Sequence record: SRR31156797_5325
Reading direction: 5' to 3' (one strand)
DNA length: 64,000 nt
Shown here piece after piece: positions 38,785-50,321 of the stretch. Under the pieces are notes generated by a model. It saw only the letters and a program-made list of their open reading frames with translations, was not told the origin of the DNA and searched no databases. Made by a program: the position numbers and the translations under genes. The stretch's first letter is position 1. Every line of letters begins with the position of its first letter.

Positions 38785-39699
38785 TTACCCTTTGTGTTCT
38801 GCCATGTCCATGTGTCCATGCTCTTCACCTTCGTCACTCATATTGAGTGAACCCATATGTTGCATAACAACAGACTCGAATAAGTCATGAGGGATCTGAG
38901 AATAGTAAGTCACAGGAACGTCTTCGCTTGGCTGAGCAAGCGTTTGGTAGTCTTCGAAACCATTTAGCGTTAGAGGTTTCTGTTTCACACTGGCTACCCA
39001 TTGATCAAAACTCTGTTGATCAGGCAATGCGTTCGCTTTGAACTTCATGTGTGAGAAACCTTCGCCGCTGTAGCTTGACGAAATACCTTTGTACTCCCCT
39101 TCATGGTTCGCGATCAGGTGCAGACGTGTCACCATGCCTGGCATAGCGTAAATTTGACTACCTAATCGTGGAATGAAGAAAGAGTTCATGATGTTGTCAG
39201 AAGTCACTTTAAACGTAACAGGAACATCTTTAGGGAAGGCAACATAGTTTACCGTCGCTATCTTCTGCTCTGGGTAGATGAAGAGCCATTTCCAGTCCAG
39301 TGATACGACTTCAATCGTAATGGGGTCGACATCACTTTGCAGTGGAACAGACGGTTCTAGTTCATGAGTTGAGCGCCAGGTAATCACCGCTAAAATTGCG
39401 ATGATGATGATTGGAACAGTCCAAACCACCAACTCAATTTTAGTTGAGTGAGACCACTCCGGAGTGTATTCAACGTCGGTATTGCTAGCTCGGTATTTAT
39501 AAGAGAAGTAAATTGTCATTAAAATCACAGGGATAACAACAACCAACATCAAGAGAAGAGAGGTGATGATCAACTCTTTCTCACGCACTCCTACTAGTCC
39601 CTTGGGATCCAGCAAAGCAGATTGACATCCTGACAGGAGCAAAATTGCACAGAACAATCCCGCTCGCGACAAGATGCTTTTATATCTTGAGGCTTCCAT
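38785..39699 (-). CDS. cyoA: Cytochrome bo3 ubiquinol oxidase subunit II (lipoprotein)
   Basis: LSGC lipobox, [15 protein letters not shown], no CuA ligands. Confidence 0.95.
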   Translation of the reverse strand: MEASRYKSILSRAGLFCAILLLSGCQSALLDPKGLVGVREKELIITSLLLMLVVVIPVILMTIYFSYKYRASNTDVEYTPEWSHSTKIELVVWTVPIIIIAILAVITWRSTHELEPSVPLQSDVDPITIEVVSLDWKWLFIYPEQKIATVNYVAFPKDVPVTFKVTSDNIMNSFFIPRLGSQIYAMPGMVTRLHLIANHEGEYKGISSSYSGEGFSHMKFKANALPDQQSFDQWVASVKQKPLTLNGFEDYQTLAQPSEDVPVTYYSQIPHDLFESVVMQHMGSLNMSDEGEEHGHMDMAEHKG

Positions 39700-40052
39700 T
39701 GACTTTCTCGATTATGTTTACGGTGTTCCACAACAAAAGTTGGCACTTTAGGAACCCGCGTTAGATTTATATGTTTTTTATGGTGTTGAGCGTGTAGCAA
39801 AGGAACGGGAAGAAATTGAGTGTATTAAAGTCGGCAGATCAGTGAGTTACACAATCAGAACGATAAATATACTAAAAAGTTACAACCAGAAACACTTTGT
39901 TACATCCGGCGCATTATGCTTACATTGAACAGGCTTTCACAGTGGATCAAAATGGAATCTAACCTTACAAAAATGAAATTACTTATAAAAATTAACCACT
40001 TATAAAAAGAGGTTAATACAGTAACCTTTTGTAATCCTAGTGTTTATATTTA

Positions 40053-40066
40053 TTGATCCAAATCAA
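40053..40066. promoter_or_regulatory. FNR box
   Basis: Perfect TTGAT-ccaa-ATCAA, extended to a 9-bp inverted repeat (40049-40070), between divergent cyoA and MCP. Confidence 0.7.
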
Positions 40067-40356
40067 TAAAACTCTACTTTTACCGACAAAACTCCCACCA
40101 ACAGCATCGAATTTATTTTTTAATATTGACAACTTGCACTTTTTTAAGATTTGAATATCTAATGGCGATAAGTTTTTATGCAATGGATTCCAATGTTTCA
40201 TTCTAACTAAGCTCCATGGCAAAAAAGCTGATCAAACAAGAGACAAATGGAAGTAGAAATACGGAGTTTCTACAACTTCTGAACTAGTCTTGTAAAGAAC
40301 AACAATAACAACTACCAAACTGTTTTATTTTGGTCTTCGACTAAAGGGATCTAGCC

Positions 40357-42018
40357 ATGAACCTAACCATTCGTTCTAGACTTTATATTCTGTCCATTGT
40401 GCCAGTACTTCTTATCGCTGCCAGCTTGATGTTTATGAATTTCACTCAGTCCACAAACCTGAATGAACAACAAATGGCTTCCACCCATAAATACATGATG
40501 TCGATGAAACGAGCGGAACTTAAATCATACCTAGAGATAGCCGAAACCGCGTTAATTCCGCTCAAAAACAGCAATGCTTCATTAGATCAGGCGCTGGAAG
40601 TGCTCAAGCAGATCCAATTTGGTCAAAGCGGTTATATCTTTGGTTATGATTCCAAAGGTACACGTCTGCTTCTAGGAAAAAGCACTGCGGGTTTAGGAGA
40701 TAATTTTTGGAATCTCCAAGATACCCAAGGTAATTATTTGGTTCAGGATATAATCCGCAACTCAAAGACTAAAGAATTCACCACTTACTACTTTCCTAAA
40801 CCCGGTGAAACAACCGCGTTACCCAAACTAAGCTACTCGGTTTATTTGGCTCAGTGGGATCTCGTCATTGGTACAGGTTTTTACACTGACGATATTGATG
40901 CTGAAATTGCGGTGATGAATAAAACAGCCCATGAGCAGTTAATGAAAAGTATATGGTACTTAACCACGGTAACAGTCGTTATCATTATTGTGGTGGGCAT
41001 CATTACGCTATTTTTTAATCGTACTATCATGCGTCCAATCGAAACTCTCGATACATCCATTCGTTCCTTTGCCAGTGGAGATGCCGATTTAACCGCCCGA
41101 ATGGAAACCTTTACCGTTCCTGAATTTGCAGAGCTAAGCAAAAACTTCAACACCTTCGTCGCCAGCTTGCAAGAGATCATAAAACAAGTAAACGGTACTG
41201 GTCTTCAAGTTGTCGATGAGACCAATTCGATGTCAGAACGCGCGGCAAAAGTCGATGAGTTAGCCATGAAACAACGGGGCGAAACAGAGCAAGTTGCAAC
41301 GGCGATGACGGAAATGACTACGACAGCGAACGAAATTTCGAACAATGCTCATCAAGCAGCAAGCTCAGCGAAAGAAGCGGATGACAACGCATTAGAAGCG
41401 CATACTATCGTTGATTCTGCCGCCCAATCTGTCGAAGCTTTAGCGCAAGAAGTCGCACAAGCAAGCGATGTCATTTCTCAGTTAGAGGGAGATGTGAAGA
41501 ATATTTCGGTTTCACTTGAGGTCATTCAAGATATCGCCGAACAGACTAACTTGCTCGCCCTTAACGCTGCGATAGAAGCCGCTCGAGCTGGCGACCAAGG
41601 CCGTGGATTTGCCGTCGTGGCAGATGAAGTGCGTAAACTCGCCAGCCGCACTCAGCAAAGTACCGGTGAAATACACGCAGTAATAGACCAGCTCAAAAAG
41701 GCCTCAGACGCAGCGGTTCAAGCCATGAACTCGAGCCAAAGTCGGAGCGAATCTGCAGTGAATGAAGCCAATGCAGCAGCTAAAGCACTGGAAAAAATAC
41801 AGCAGTCTATCAGTATGATTATGGACATGAACTCCCTCATTGCCACAGCAACAGAAGAGCAAAGCATTGTCGGACAGGAAATTTCTGAGCGTATTGTGGT
41901 TATCTCAGATCAAAGTAGCGAATCGGCGGGCTTAGCCAATGAAAACCGTCAAGGCAGCCAAAGCTTAAATGGGCGAGCACGAGAGCTGTATGACTTAGTG
42001 GCAAGATTTAAGGTTTAG
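40357..42018 (+). CDS. Methyl-accepting chemotaxis protein, single Cache sensor
   Basis: 553 aa; two TMs, GYIFGY..PKLSY..IGTGFY sCache motifs, [24 protein letters not shown]. Confidence 0.93.
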   Translation: MNLTIRSRLYILSIVPVLLIAASLMFMNFTQSTNLNEQQMASTHKYMMSMKRAELKSYLEIAETALIPLKNSNASLDQALEVLKQIQFGQSGYIFGYDSKGTRLLLGKSTAGLGDNFWNLQDTQGNYLVQDIIRNSKTKEFTTYYFPKPGETTALPKLSYSVYLAQWDLVIGTGFYTDDIDAEIAVMNKTAHEQLMKSIWYLTTVTVVIIIVVGIITLFFNRTIMRPIETLDTSIRSFASGDADLTARMETFTVPEFAELSKNFNTFVASLQEIIKQVNGTGLQVVDETNSMSERAAKVDELAMKQRGETEQVATAMTEMTTTANEISNNAHQAASSAKEADDNALEAHTIVDSAAQSVEALAQEVAQASDVISQLEGDVKNISVSLEVIQDIAEQTNLLALNAAIEAARAGDQGRGFAVVADEVRKLASRTQQSTGEIHAVIDQLKKASDAAVQAMNSSQSRSESAVNEANAAAKALEKIQQSISMIMDMNSLIATATEEQSIVGQEISERIVVISDQSSESAGLANENRQGSQSLNGRARELYDLVARFKV

Positions 42019-42021
42019 AAA

Positions 42022-42034
42022 TTTACACTGTAAA
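42022..42034. other. parS2 centromere site
   Basis: TTTACA-c-TGTAAA, matching the Vibrio chr2 parS2 consensus. Confidence 0.85.
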
Positions 42035-42188
42035 CAGGAATTAATCGCTCATCGTACAATGCCGAATACGGTAGCTTTTAAGGTAACAATATAAGAATAT
42101 CCATACGAGATGCCATTCTTAATTATAAAGAATGGCTCTTGGCTTGATGTTAAAGCCATTGAACCACTCATTTCACAAAGGTCCATCT

Positions 42189-44075
42189 ATGTTTAAAAAT
42201 CTATCTCTAAAAAACAAACTTGCGATATCAGCAAGTACCGCAATCATTCTTGGCGGGGTATTGGTAGAAGCCCTGTCTTTTAATGCGGCTCTGGACCGGC
42301 TAGATATAGAAGTAGAACAGCGACTACAAAGTTCCACATCATCTTATAACCAGTATGTGAATGATTGGCTGGTTTCAAAAGAGCGAGCTTTGACCGCTCT
42401 TTCAGAAGAATCAGAAAAAAACGCGATCGTTACCCATCTTAAACAAGTGCGTGATTCTGCCAGTTTTGACAACGTATTCTTAGCCTACCCAGATGGTTCC
42501 CAGGACAACGCAAATGGTGTCATACTTCCTCCGGGTAACAATGATCCTCGTAAATGGGGCTGGTACATCAACGCTAAAAAAAATCCTGATAAAGTGTTTA
42601 TGGATAACCCAACCACTGCCGCAGCAACGGGTGCGAACGTCGTATCACTAGGGAAAGCGCTGAACCTTTATGGACAGCACGTTGTCCTAGGAGCGGATGT
42701 TGAAATCACAGACATTGTGAACAACATAAAGCAAGTTATCTTGCCTGGTGAAGGATACATGTTCATCGCTAACGAGCAAGGTAACGTCTTTACTCACAGT
42801 GATACCAAACTACTTAATAAAAGCGTCTCTGAGTTGGGAATAAACTACGCAGATGTTCAAAAAGCGATGAAAGAGCAGACTGATCTCACCGTTTCAATCA
42901 ACGGTGAAGAGTATGTGCTTTACGCAAGAAAAATCGGTGATACCAGATTAACCACAATCACGGTTGTCAACTATGAATCGTTAGTCAGACCTCTATTTGA
43001 TGCGATTCTGGGTCAATTGTTAGTCACAGCAATTGTCGTCGTTCTTTGTACCGTTCTGTTCAATCTCCTTTGTAATATCCTTTTCCGTCCGCTTAATAAT
43101 GTCTCCGCTGCACTGGCACAAATGGCTAACGGTAATGGTGATTTAACTCAAAAGATTGAAGTAGAAAACCACGATGAAGTCGGTGAGCTGGCTAATAATT
43201 TCAACACATTTTTAGGTAGTCTTCGTGCGCTGATCGAGCATATTCGTCAACAAGCTATCAATCTATCTGAACAATCAGAGCAAGGAACACTTCGTGCAAA
43301 CCATTCAGCCTCAGAGCTTAATCAGCAGCATCAGGAAGTTGTTATGGTCGCCACAGCCGTGACCGAAATGGCATCTGCGACACAAGAAATTGCGTCACAC
43401 GCAGAACAAACAGCGCATGCCGCTCAAGACTCTGCAACTAGTACCAATAATGGTCATGCACTCGTAATTAAGACGAAAGAGTCAATTAATAGCCTAGCGG
43501 ATTCAGTAACCGAAGCTAGCAACGTCATTTCAGCACTTAACCAACATGCTCTTGAAATATCAACCGTATTGGCAACTATCCAAGGTATTGCTGAACAGAC
43601 CAACTTGTTAGCACTCAATGCTGCAATCGAAGCCGCTAGAGCAGGAGAACAAGGACGAGGGTTCGCCGTGGTTGCAGATGAAGTACGCGTGCTCTCTCAA
43701 CGCACTCACGCGTCTACAGAAGAAATTAAAGCAACCATTAATACGTTACAAGATACCACCAAACGTGCAGTTAGCCTGATGGAGAATAGCTCCACATTAG
43801 CAGCAAACTCTGTAACAGATGCTGACCAAGCTTCTGCGGCTCTTGAGGAGATCAATTCTGCTGTTGCACTAATCAGTGATATGGCAACACAAATAGCCAC
43901 AGCAGCTGAAGAGCAAACTCATGTAACAAGTGAGATCACTCAAAACGTAACTTCGATTAAAGATGTAACGGATCAATTGGTTGTAGGATCGGAAGAAAGC
44001 TTAAGCCAATCTAACGAGTTAAAACATCAGGCAAGTGAACTCAGTGCGAAAGTATCAACATTCAAACTCAACTAA
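42189..44075 (+). CDS. Methyl-accepting chemotaxis protein, double Cache sensor
   Basis: Start set to MFKNLSLK at 42189; DPRKWGWY dCache motif, HAMP, MCP signalling hairpin. Confidence 0.93.
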   Translation: MFKNLSLKNKLAISASTAIILGGVLVEALSFNAALDRLDIEVEQRLQSSTSSYNQYVNDWLVSKERALTALSEESEKNAIVTHLKQVRDSASFDNVFLAYPDGSQDNANGVILPPGNNDPRKWGWYINAKKNPDKVFMDNPTTAAATGANVVSLGKALNLYGQHVVLGADVEITDIVNNIKQVILPGEGYMFIANEQGNVFTHSDTKLLNKSVSELGINYADVQKAMKEQTDLTVSINGEEYVLYARKIGDTRLTTITVVNYESLVRPLFDAILGQLLVTAIVVVLCTVLFNLLCNILFRPLNNVSAALAQMANGNGDLTQKIEVENHDEVGELANNFNTFLGSLRALIEHIRQQAINLSEQSEQGTLRANHSASELNQQHQEVVMVATAVTEMASATQEIASHAEQTAHAAQDSATSTNNGHALVIKTKESINSLADSVTEASNVISALNQHALEISTVLATIQGIAEQTNLLALNAAIEAARAGEQGRGFAVVADEVRVLSQRTHASTEEIKATINTLQDTTKRAVSLMENSSTLAANSVTDADQASAALEEINSAVALISDMATQIATAAEEQTHVTSEITQNVTSIKDVTDQLVVGSEESLSQSNELKHQASELSAKVSTFKLN

Positions 44076-44093
44076 TTAAACTCGCACGTTAAC

Positions 44094-44126
44094 AAAAAGC
44101 CGAGCCCACATCGGTGAACTCGGCTT
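44094..44126. terminator. Terminator between the convergent MCP and dehydrogenase genes
   Basis: AAAAAGCCGAG...CTCGGCTT. Confidence 0.65.
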
Positions 44127-44147
44127 GTTCATTTTAAATAGTCTAAC

Positions 44148-45023
44148 TTATTGCTCAGCTTCCGCTTTTATCGCCTTAAACAAAATAGAAGTATCCATAC
44201 GGCCATTACCTTGATCAGAAAGCGATTGATATGCCTTGATCGTTTTCTCTGTCATTGGCAGTTTGACACCTTGGCGATCAGCTTCATCAAGACAGAAACC
44301 AAGATCTTTGATCATCCAGTCAATCGCAAAACCAAAATCAAACTTGTTTTGAGCCATGGTCGATGCTCGGTTCTCCATCTGCCAAGATCCGGCTGCGCCA
44401 TTCTTCAAACAAGAAACCAATGTTTCAACATCCAAGCCCGCTTTTTCCGCTAAAATTAAACCTTCGGAAATGCCTGTTAGCGCACCAGCAATGCAGATCT
44501 GGTTGACCATTTTCGCACGCTGGCCCTGCCCTACTTTGCCCATTAATACCGATGAACGGCCGTAAGCATTAAATACGGGTTGAAGCTTATCGAAGTCCTC
44601 CTGACGACCACCGCACATAATCGTCAGTACGCCATTTTCAGCCCCCGCTTGTCCACCAGATACTGGCGCATCCATAAAGCTTACTCCAACAGCTTGAGCC
44701 GCTTCTGAGAGCTCTTCTGCTAAGTGAGCAGAAGTCGTTGTATGGTCAACCAGCAATGCCCCGTTTTTCATGAATGCTAATGCACCAGTTTCGCTGGTGG
44801 TCATACTGCGCACATCATCATCGTTGCCTACGCAGACCAAAACAACATCGGCTTCTTTTACACAGTCGGCAACGGTTGATGCATACGAGCCTGCATACTC
44901 TTCAGCCCAAGCTTGAGCTTTTGCTGTTGTGCGGTTAAACACCGTGACTTCGAAACCGGCTTTAACCAAATGCCCAGCCATAGGGTAGCCCATGACACCT
45001 AAACCAATAAAACTGACTTTCAT
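44148..45023 (-). CDS. NAD(P)-dependent beta-hydroxyacid dehydrogenase (3-hydroxyisobutyrate dehydrogenase family)
   Basis: Start set to MKVSFIGLGVMG at 45023; DAPVSGG, KMVNQ, KDL. Confidence 0.9.
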   Translation of the reverse strand: MKVSFIGLGVMGYPMAGHLVKAGFEVTVFNRTTAKAQAWAEEYAGSYASTVADCVKEADVVLVCVGNDDDVRSMTTSETGALAFMKNGALLVDHTTTSAHLAEELSEAAQAVGVSFMDAPVSGGQAGAENGVLTIMCGGRQEDFDKLQPVFNAYGRSSVLMGKVGQGQRAKMVNQICIAGALTGISEGLILAEKAGLDVETLVSCLKNGAAGSWQMENRASTMAQNKFDFGFAIDWMIKDLGFCLDEADRQGVKLPMTEKTIKAYQSLSDQGNGRMDTSILFKAIKAEAEQ

Positions 45024-45024
45024 T

Positions 45025-45936
45025 TTAATCTCCTTTAACAACGGGCTTTCCATCTCTGAGCTGAGCTGACGCTTTCAACAAAGCCTCAACCAGCAAGGTC
45101 AGTGCCCTAGGCTGATATTTGCGTTCTTTGTAGACTAAGAACGCTTGTTTATCACTGCGATGATACTGAGGAAGAACTTGCTCAACTCTCATCTCTTTAG
45201 AAATATGTCTATAGGGTAACGATGCAACCCCCAAACCTCGAATAACAGCACCGGCAATCGCGTTAATGTCATTGATCACTAAATTGGGTTTTATGTGTAG
45301 CATCTGAATGAAGTCATCCCCCTGATAAATCGGGACTTCTTTTTGGCGGTCGGCAGAAAGCCAGTCAAGTCGCTGTAACTGCTCAAGAGTTTCTACCGGC
45401 CCGACTTTTTCCAAATATTCAGGACTAGCAAAAAAGCCGTGATGCGCTTGAAAAAGAGGCCTGGCTACCATGCCTTCCAAACCGGTTAGGTCAAAGGTCA
45501 TCAACAGATCACGATTCGTTTCTGGCAGTGATTGATCCTGACTTAGCGCGAGTTCAATGTTTACCTTAGGATGAAGACGAATAAACTCTTCAACCACTTC
45601 ACCAACGAAAGCACGATAGAAATTGTGCGGAATAGCCAGACGCAACTGACCTGCCACTTCTTCACTGTGCGTCATAATCTGATTGAAACTGAGCTCAATG
45701 TTTTCCATTCCACTACGAATAATCTGAAATGTCTCTCTTCCAGACTGAGTCGCAACCAACTCCCTCCCCTTCTTTTCTAATAAACGTAAGTTCAATCTCG
45801 ACTCAAGCGCAGACAAACGCCGGGACATCGTCGAAGGTGGAAGTTTCAGTTTCTTTGATGCGGAAAGTAGCGATCCCTCTTCAACCACACAAAAAAACAG
45901 GTACAGATCATCAACGTTTCCATATATGGAATTCAT
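45025..45936 (-). CDS. LysR family transcription regulator
   Basis: 303 aa; VVEEGSLLSAS..PPSTMSRRLSALESRL HTH and LysR substrate domain. Confidence 0.9.
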   Translation of the reverse strand: MNSIYGNVDDLYLFFCVVEEGSLLSASKKLKLPPSTMSRRLSALESRLNLRLLEKKGRELVATQSGRETFQIIRSGMENIELSFNQIMTHSEEVAGQLRLAIPHNFYRAFVGEVVEEFIRLHPKVNIELALSQDQSLPETNRDLLMTFDLTGLEGMVARPLFQAHHGFFASPEYLEKVGPVETLEQLQRLDWLSADRQKEVPIYQGDDFIQMLHIKPNLVINDINAIAGAVIRGLGVASLPYRHISKEMRVEQVLPQYHRSDKQAFLVYKERKYQPRALTLLVEALLKASAQLRDGKPVVKGD

Positions 45937-46018
45937 AGTTCTTTTCTTGGTGCTATTTTTCAGTTCTAGACAGTTATATCCTGATTGTTAGATTTAAGAA
46001 ACAGCTTGATAACAATTT

Positions 46019-46291
46019 ATGAATAAAAAACAGTTTTGGCTTACGGCCTTGCTTGGTTCATTCATCATGGCATTGATTATGTCGGGTGTACTGTCTGGAT
46101 ACAAAATCGGGTTTAGCGCAGAATGGCCTGGGAGATGGTTTGAGAGCTTTTTGGTTGCTTGGCCACTGGCACTCCTTCTGAACCTAACCGTGCTTCCACA
46201 AGTCCGTAGGTTGGCATTTTGGCTGGCAGAACCAAGGGTTGAGAAAACGTTAGGGAAAGTTAACTTAACACAAACAAAAAACCGAGCTTAA
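46019..46291 (+). CDS. Small membrane protein, DUF2798-like
   Basis: 90 aa; MALIMSG...W..SFLVAWPLA pattern; divergent from the LysR gene. Confidence 0.65.
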   Translation: MNKKQFWLTALLGSFIMALIMSGVLSGYKIGFSAEWPGRWFESFLVAWPLALLLNLTVLPQVRRLAFWLAEPRVEKTLGKVNLTQTKNRA

Positions 46292-46304
46292 AGCTCGGTT
46301 TTTT
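46276..46304. terminator. Bidirectional terminator
   Basis: AAAAAACCGAGCT-taa-AGCTCGGTTTTTT. Confidence 0.85.
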
Positions 46305-46317
46305 ATCGTCATCAGAC

Positions 46318-47037
46318 TTATTGGATTTCAGCGTTATGGTAAACCTGCTGAACATCGTCACAGTCGTCCAACATATCCAAGAATTTTTGGAATTTCTCTG
46401 CATCTTCGCCAGAGATTGGGCTTTGGTTCTGAGGAACGAAAGTGATCTCTTCAACGTCAATAGTTAAGTCAGGGAAAGCTGCAGCTAGTGCTGTTTTCAC
46501 TTTAAAGAACTCAGTATTTGGTGCAAATACAGTGATCACACCATCTTCAAGTTCAATATCAGTAACGTCAGCGTCTTCCATCATTAGAGCTTCAAGTACC
46601 GCTTCTTCGTCTTCACCTTTGAACTGGAATACAGCTTGGTGATCGAACATGTGTGCTACCACACCAGGCGTACCAATTTTAGCACCCGTTTTAACGAAAC
46701 ATTGGCGTACATCTTGGAAAGTACGGTTACCGTTATCCGTTAAACAGTCAACGATTACGCTTACACCGCCAGGTCCAAAACCTTCGTAACGCGCTGGTTG
46801 GTAATCTTCACCACCACCACCGCTTGCTTTATCAATCGCTTTATCGATAACGTGTGCAGGTACCTGATCTTTTTTCGCTTTGCTGATTAGGTGACGAAGC
46901 GACAAGTTCATGTCTGGGTCAGAACCACCGTTCTTCGCACACATGTAAATTTCTTTACCGTATTTTGAGTAAACTTTGATTTTTGCGCCTTGAGTTTTCG
47001 CCATAGAGGCTTTGCGCACTTCGAAACTTCTTCCCAT
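46318..47037 (-). CDS. YebC/PmpR family protein (YeeN-type)
   Basis: 239 aa; [26 protein letters not shown]. Confidence 0.93.
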   Translation of the reverse strand: MGRSFEVRKASMAKTQGAKIKVYSKYGKEIYMCAKNGGSDPDMNLSLRHLISKAKKDQVPAHVIDKAIDKASGGGGEDYQPARYEGFGPGGVSVIVDCLTDNGNRTFQDVRQCFVKTGAKIGTPGVVAHMFDHQAVFQFKGEDEEAVLEALMMEDADVTDIELEDGVITVFAPNTEFFKVKTALAAAFPDLTIDVEEITFVPQNQSPISGEDAEKFQKFLDMLDDCDDVQQVYHNAEIQ

Positions 47038-47106
47038 CGGGATGTTCTCTCTAGTTCAATTTAATGCGACGGATGTGCTGGAAGATTCATTCCGCACAGA
47101 GCTGAG

Positions 47107-47316
47107 CTACATTACGCCCATGACTCTTTTATATTTGTCCACCGACTGTTGAAACCATTCTTTATCTTCTTCAGAAGCAAGACTGGTTAGCTGCTTAGTA
47201 ATCTCTTCCGGGCCACCTTTTGCCTGCTTCATCTTCCAAACCAAAAAAGAAGCCTGTTTATCCAGTTCTATTTTGTTTTTTTCATTTACATCAAGCAGAG
47301 CAAGGTTGAAAGACAT
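47107..47316 (-). CDS. Small Vibrio protein, DUF3283-like
   Basis: Start set to MSFNLALLD at 47316 (69 aa); EKNKIELDKQAS and WFQQSVDKYK. Confidence 0.65.
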   Translation of the reverse strand: MSFNLALLDVNEKNKIELDKQASFLVWKMKQAKGGPEEITKQLTSLASEEDKEWFQQSVDKYKRVMGVM

Positions 47317-47471
47317 TAGTAAGCCCACAGTCGGTAAAAACATGGTGCGAAATATAGCATAGGAATGGACAAAATTAAGCGTCTAAATGTGGGTTTCTGG
47401 CACTTTCATGACTTAATCGTGTTCCAGACAAGGAGATGCTCATTACTTGAGCAGAAAATAAATCGGTGAAC

Positions 47472-47504
47472 AAAAACAGAAAGGGTGGCTATGGCCACCC
47501 TTTC
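47472..47504 (-). terminator. Terminator downstream of the 47527-47724 gene
   Basis: GAAAGGGTGGC-tatg-GCCACCCTTTC with a minus-strand TGTTTTT tail. Confidence 0.7.
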
Positions 47505-47526
47505 GAAACGACTAAAATGAGTTATC

Positions 47527-47724
47527 TTAATGAAGAAGGCCGAGTTCCTTCGCCTCTTCAATGGACAAGCCACTTTCGCGGATCTCTCTTAATGCTTCAA
47601 TACGACGACGAGCTTCCGCTGATTTTTGTTTACTCACTGGAGCCTGTGTTTCAACTTCTTCTCTGAAGTCCCACTTCTCAGTGATGCCAGTGATTTCATC
47701 ATGGTTAATAGAATTAATGGACAT
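47527..47724 (-). CDS. Small conserved protein (PA3496-like)
   Basis: Start set to MSINSI at 47724 with GGAGG RBS; ARRRIEALRE motif. Confidence 0.6.
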   Translation of the reverse strand: MSINSINHDEITGITEKWDFREEVETQAPVSKQKSAEARRRIEALREIRESGLSIEEAKELGLLH

Positions 47725-48071
47725 TGTAACCTCCGAACAAACCATGCAAAGGACAGCTAATCTGTAACAAAGGTCCAAACCCATGTTAAGCATATTTGAG
47801 CAAGAATGTGATTCAAACGATGATTCAGAAATCTAAATTACAATTGACTCAATTATCTTTTGAACAAGCCAGAAAGTAGAAGTACATTTAAAAGATTCAC
47901 CGTAAAAAAACCAACCTGATCTAGCTCAACTTTTCTCAGCCCTATCCCACGTCGCTTCTAGCTTGTAAGCATTTTAGCTCTCAATTCAATTTAAGCGTCT
48001 CATAGATAAAATAAATCGTTATACATCAGTATATTTTGGCGGTTTGTCATTAAAGAAAGGAACAATTGCGG

Positions 48072-48115
48072 AACAATGATCAAGGAACACCGCTTTTGTA
48101 CGAAAGCATGATCAT
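48072..48115. repeat. Two RctB 12-mer iterons downstream of rctB
   Basis: AACAATGATCAA (48072-48083) and AAGCATGATCAT (48104-48115); the second is identical to ori2 iterons. Confidence 0.7.
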
Positions 48116-48328
48116 GGAGCGGATCGATATTTGACGAATTTTAGATAAAAAAAATCGAGTCCTTGGGGAGAACTCGATAAAAATTCAGAATGAATGTAAC
48201 AATATGAGCCAATCTTTAAATTAATCAGATAGGACAAAAGGTTGTCTATTCGGGATTAACTTTAACCAACCAGCGGGACTGCAATGTCAGAAAGATGTCA
48301 GCGTTATGTTCAATGTTTGTTTATTGAT

Positions 48329-50305
48329 TTAAACACCAATAGCAACTTCATCTAACGCTCGAAATACCGATTCATCTAAGTGCCCATCGAACACCTGCTT
48401 ACACACCTTCCTACGAACAGCCAGACCAGAGATCAATCTTTCAATCGATAAATGTTTGTTTTGATTTTGTGAATTATACAGCTCGATCAATTTACTCAAT
48501 GTCTCATACGGAATGACTTGATCATCAACACGAAGCCAATCAAGCTTGTCAATGAGCTCTACGCACTCTTCTCTGATCGATGAAGGGGCATGTCCGGTCA
48601 TAGCCGCTAAAGCCGTTATACTGCGTTCTAGAGCCTCTGAGGATGTATATTTAGATAGGGTGATCGTAATTTCATCTGCATTGATCTCAACTAAGTGTTT
48701 ACGCAGCTTCACTCGACGACCTAACTTGCCTCTTGGTGACGGCGATTTACGTTGAATAGGTTCAAACTCACCATCGATGATCTCGGACAGTTCCGCCAGC
48801 TTCTGCTTGGATACCATCTCGTGTCTCAGAGGGTTAGGTAAGGTCGGCGCCATATTACGCTTACCCGCATTGGTCATTTTGGCTCGCGAGTATCGTAGAA
48901 CTTCTTCAGCATCACATTTAATATCAACTTGGTAATCGACGATTTTCCCTTTCTCAACCAAAGTCGTGATCGTTAAGTGATATCCCCAAAGGTTCACCAC
49001 AAAGAGATCTTCACTACCTTTTCCATCGGAAAGTCGTTTCAGCTCTCGGATAAGATCCATCGAGAAACGACGCCATTCGATATTACGAGCAAGTTTCTGG
49101 TTGAGTTCACTAAGCATCATCACATCAGTGTGTCGACGTGACATACGGCTGCGGAAGTAAGAATACAATTGGAATACTAGCGTATGCTGCTTCAGTATTT
49201 CTGGCGGGAACAAGAAGAAATAATCTCGAGTCATCAGTTCTTCGAAGAATGAAGGTTCCCAAACCAAAATGTACAAATTAGGTTTGATCTTGATTTCACC
49301 ATCGCTGCCTTCAGTGGGTGCTTCTTCAGACGCCGTGATCGTTCTTGCTAGAAAACGAAAACGATCACTTTTAAAGCCTTCAGGCATATTTTCACTCAAC
49401 CAACGGCCTGTCAGTTCATGTAACTGAAAGTCCGTAAATTCAATACGATCAATACTGTCGCGAATGGAGTCTCGTGCAGGGCCACTGTCTTTCTTCCCGC
49501 GCAAGGAAAGAATATCCGTGATGTATAACGGTGTTTTATTGGGAACCTGACTAGCGTTAAGTTGGTAATCTTCATGATGATGATCATGGTACTGAACTGT
49601 TAGCGTAAACAGAGCGAACAGGGTCATGAGATCATCAACGGTCATAATGTTTTTTGAGGATCGAGTTTCAATGACAGCCCGTGTACCGGAAATAGACACC
49701 ATTGATTTCTGATAGTTCTTTCTGGTTCTCGGAGGAGCTAACGCTTGATCTATAATACCAGCCCAGTTTGTTGGAGAGACAATAAACTGTTCAGCTTCAT
49801 CTTTCATCGCTGGTGGTGTATTTAATCCATGTTCATTCAACAAACGCTTGTTAACTTGAGTTTGAGCCAAAGCTTTTGAGCGTTTACGTTTTTCTGTTTG
49901 CTTAACAGATTCTGTCACCAAGCTGGTGGAACCTAAGGCAGAAATTAATTGGTTTGGGTTAATAAAACTATGCAGCATCGTTTTGCCTGCAAGGCCTTCT
50001 TCAAACCGAACTGGTATTTGCTTGAATAACCCGATATTTACTGCAGCTCTTAGACGCTGCTGAATAGCTGCTCGGGTTAGTTGACCGTCAGTGGCGTCAA
50101 TCAATTCTGTGGTTGATACCAGTCCATCTTTACTGCTGAATCCTCGTAATGAAATAAGATTCAATAATTCGATGATGCTTTTTGTCACACCTTTAAAGTG
50201 CTGGTATTGTTCAATCCAATCGATTGCAGATTCAGAAACAGCAAAAAGATGTCCATCTTTATGGCTTCTGGGTGCCTTGATCAATATTTTTTCTTCTGAA
50301 GCCAT
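48329..50305 (-). CDS. rctB: Chromosome 2 replication initiator RctB
   Basis: 658 aa; KILIKAPRSHKDGHLF N-terminus; flanked by an iteron origin and parAB. Confidence 0.97.
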   Translation of the reverse strand: MASEEKILIKAPRSHKDGHLFAVSESAIDWIEQYQHFKGVTKSIIELLNLISLRGFSSKDGLVSTTELIDATDGQLTRAAIQQRLRAAVNIGLFKQIPVRFEEGLAGKTMLHSFINPNQLISALGSTSLVTESVKQTEKRKRSKALAQTQVNKRLLNEHGLNTPPAMKDEAEQFIVSPTNWAGIIDQALAPPRTRKNYQKSMVSISGTRAVIETRSSKNIMTVDDLMTLFALFTLTVQYHDHHHEDYQLNASQVPNKTPLYITDILSLRGKKDSGPARDSIRDSIDRIEFTDFQLHELTGRWLSENMPEGFKSDRFRFLARTITASEEAPTEGSDGEIKIKPNLYILVWEPSFFEELMTRDYFFLFPPEILKQHTLVFQLYSYFRSRMSRRHTDVMMLSELNQKLARNIEWRRFSMDLIRELKRLSDGKGSEDLFVVNLWGYHLTITTLVEKGKIVDYQVDIKCDAEEVLRYSRAKMTNAGKRNMAPTLPNPLRHEMVSKQKLAELSEIIDGEFEPIQRKSPSPRGKLGRRVKLRKHLVEINADEITITLSKYTSSEALERSITALAAMTGHAPSSIREECVELIDKLDWLRVDDQVIPYETLSKLIELYNSQNQNKHLSIERLISGLAVRRKVCKQVFDGHLDESVFRALDEVAIGV

Positions 50306-50321
50306 TTCTAGATCTGTCTCA

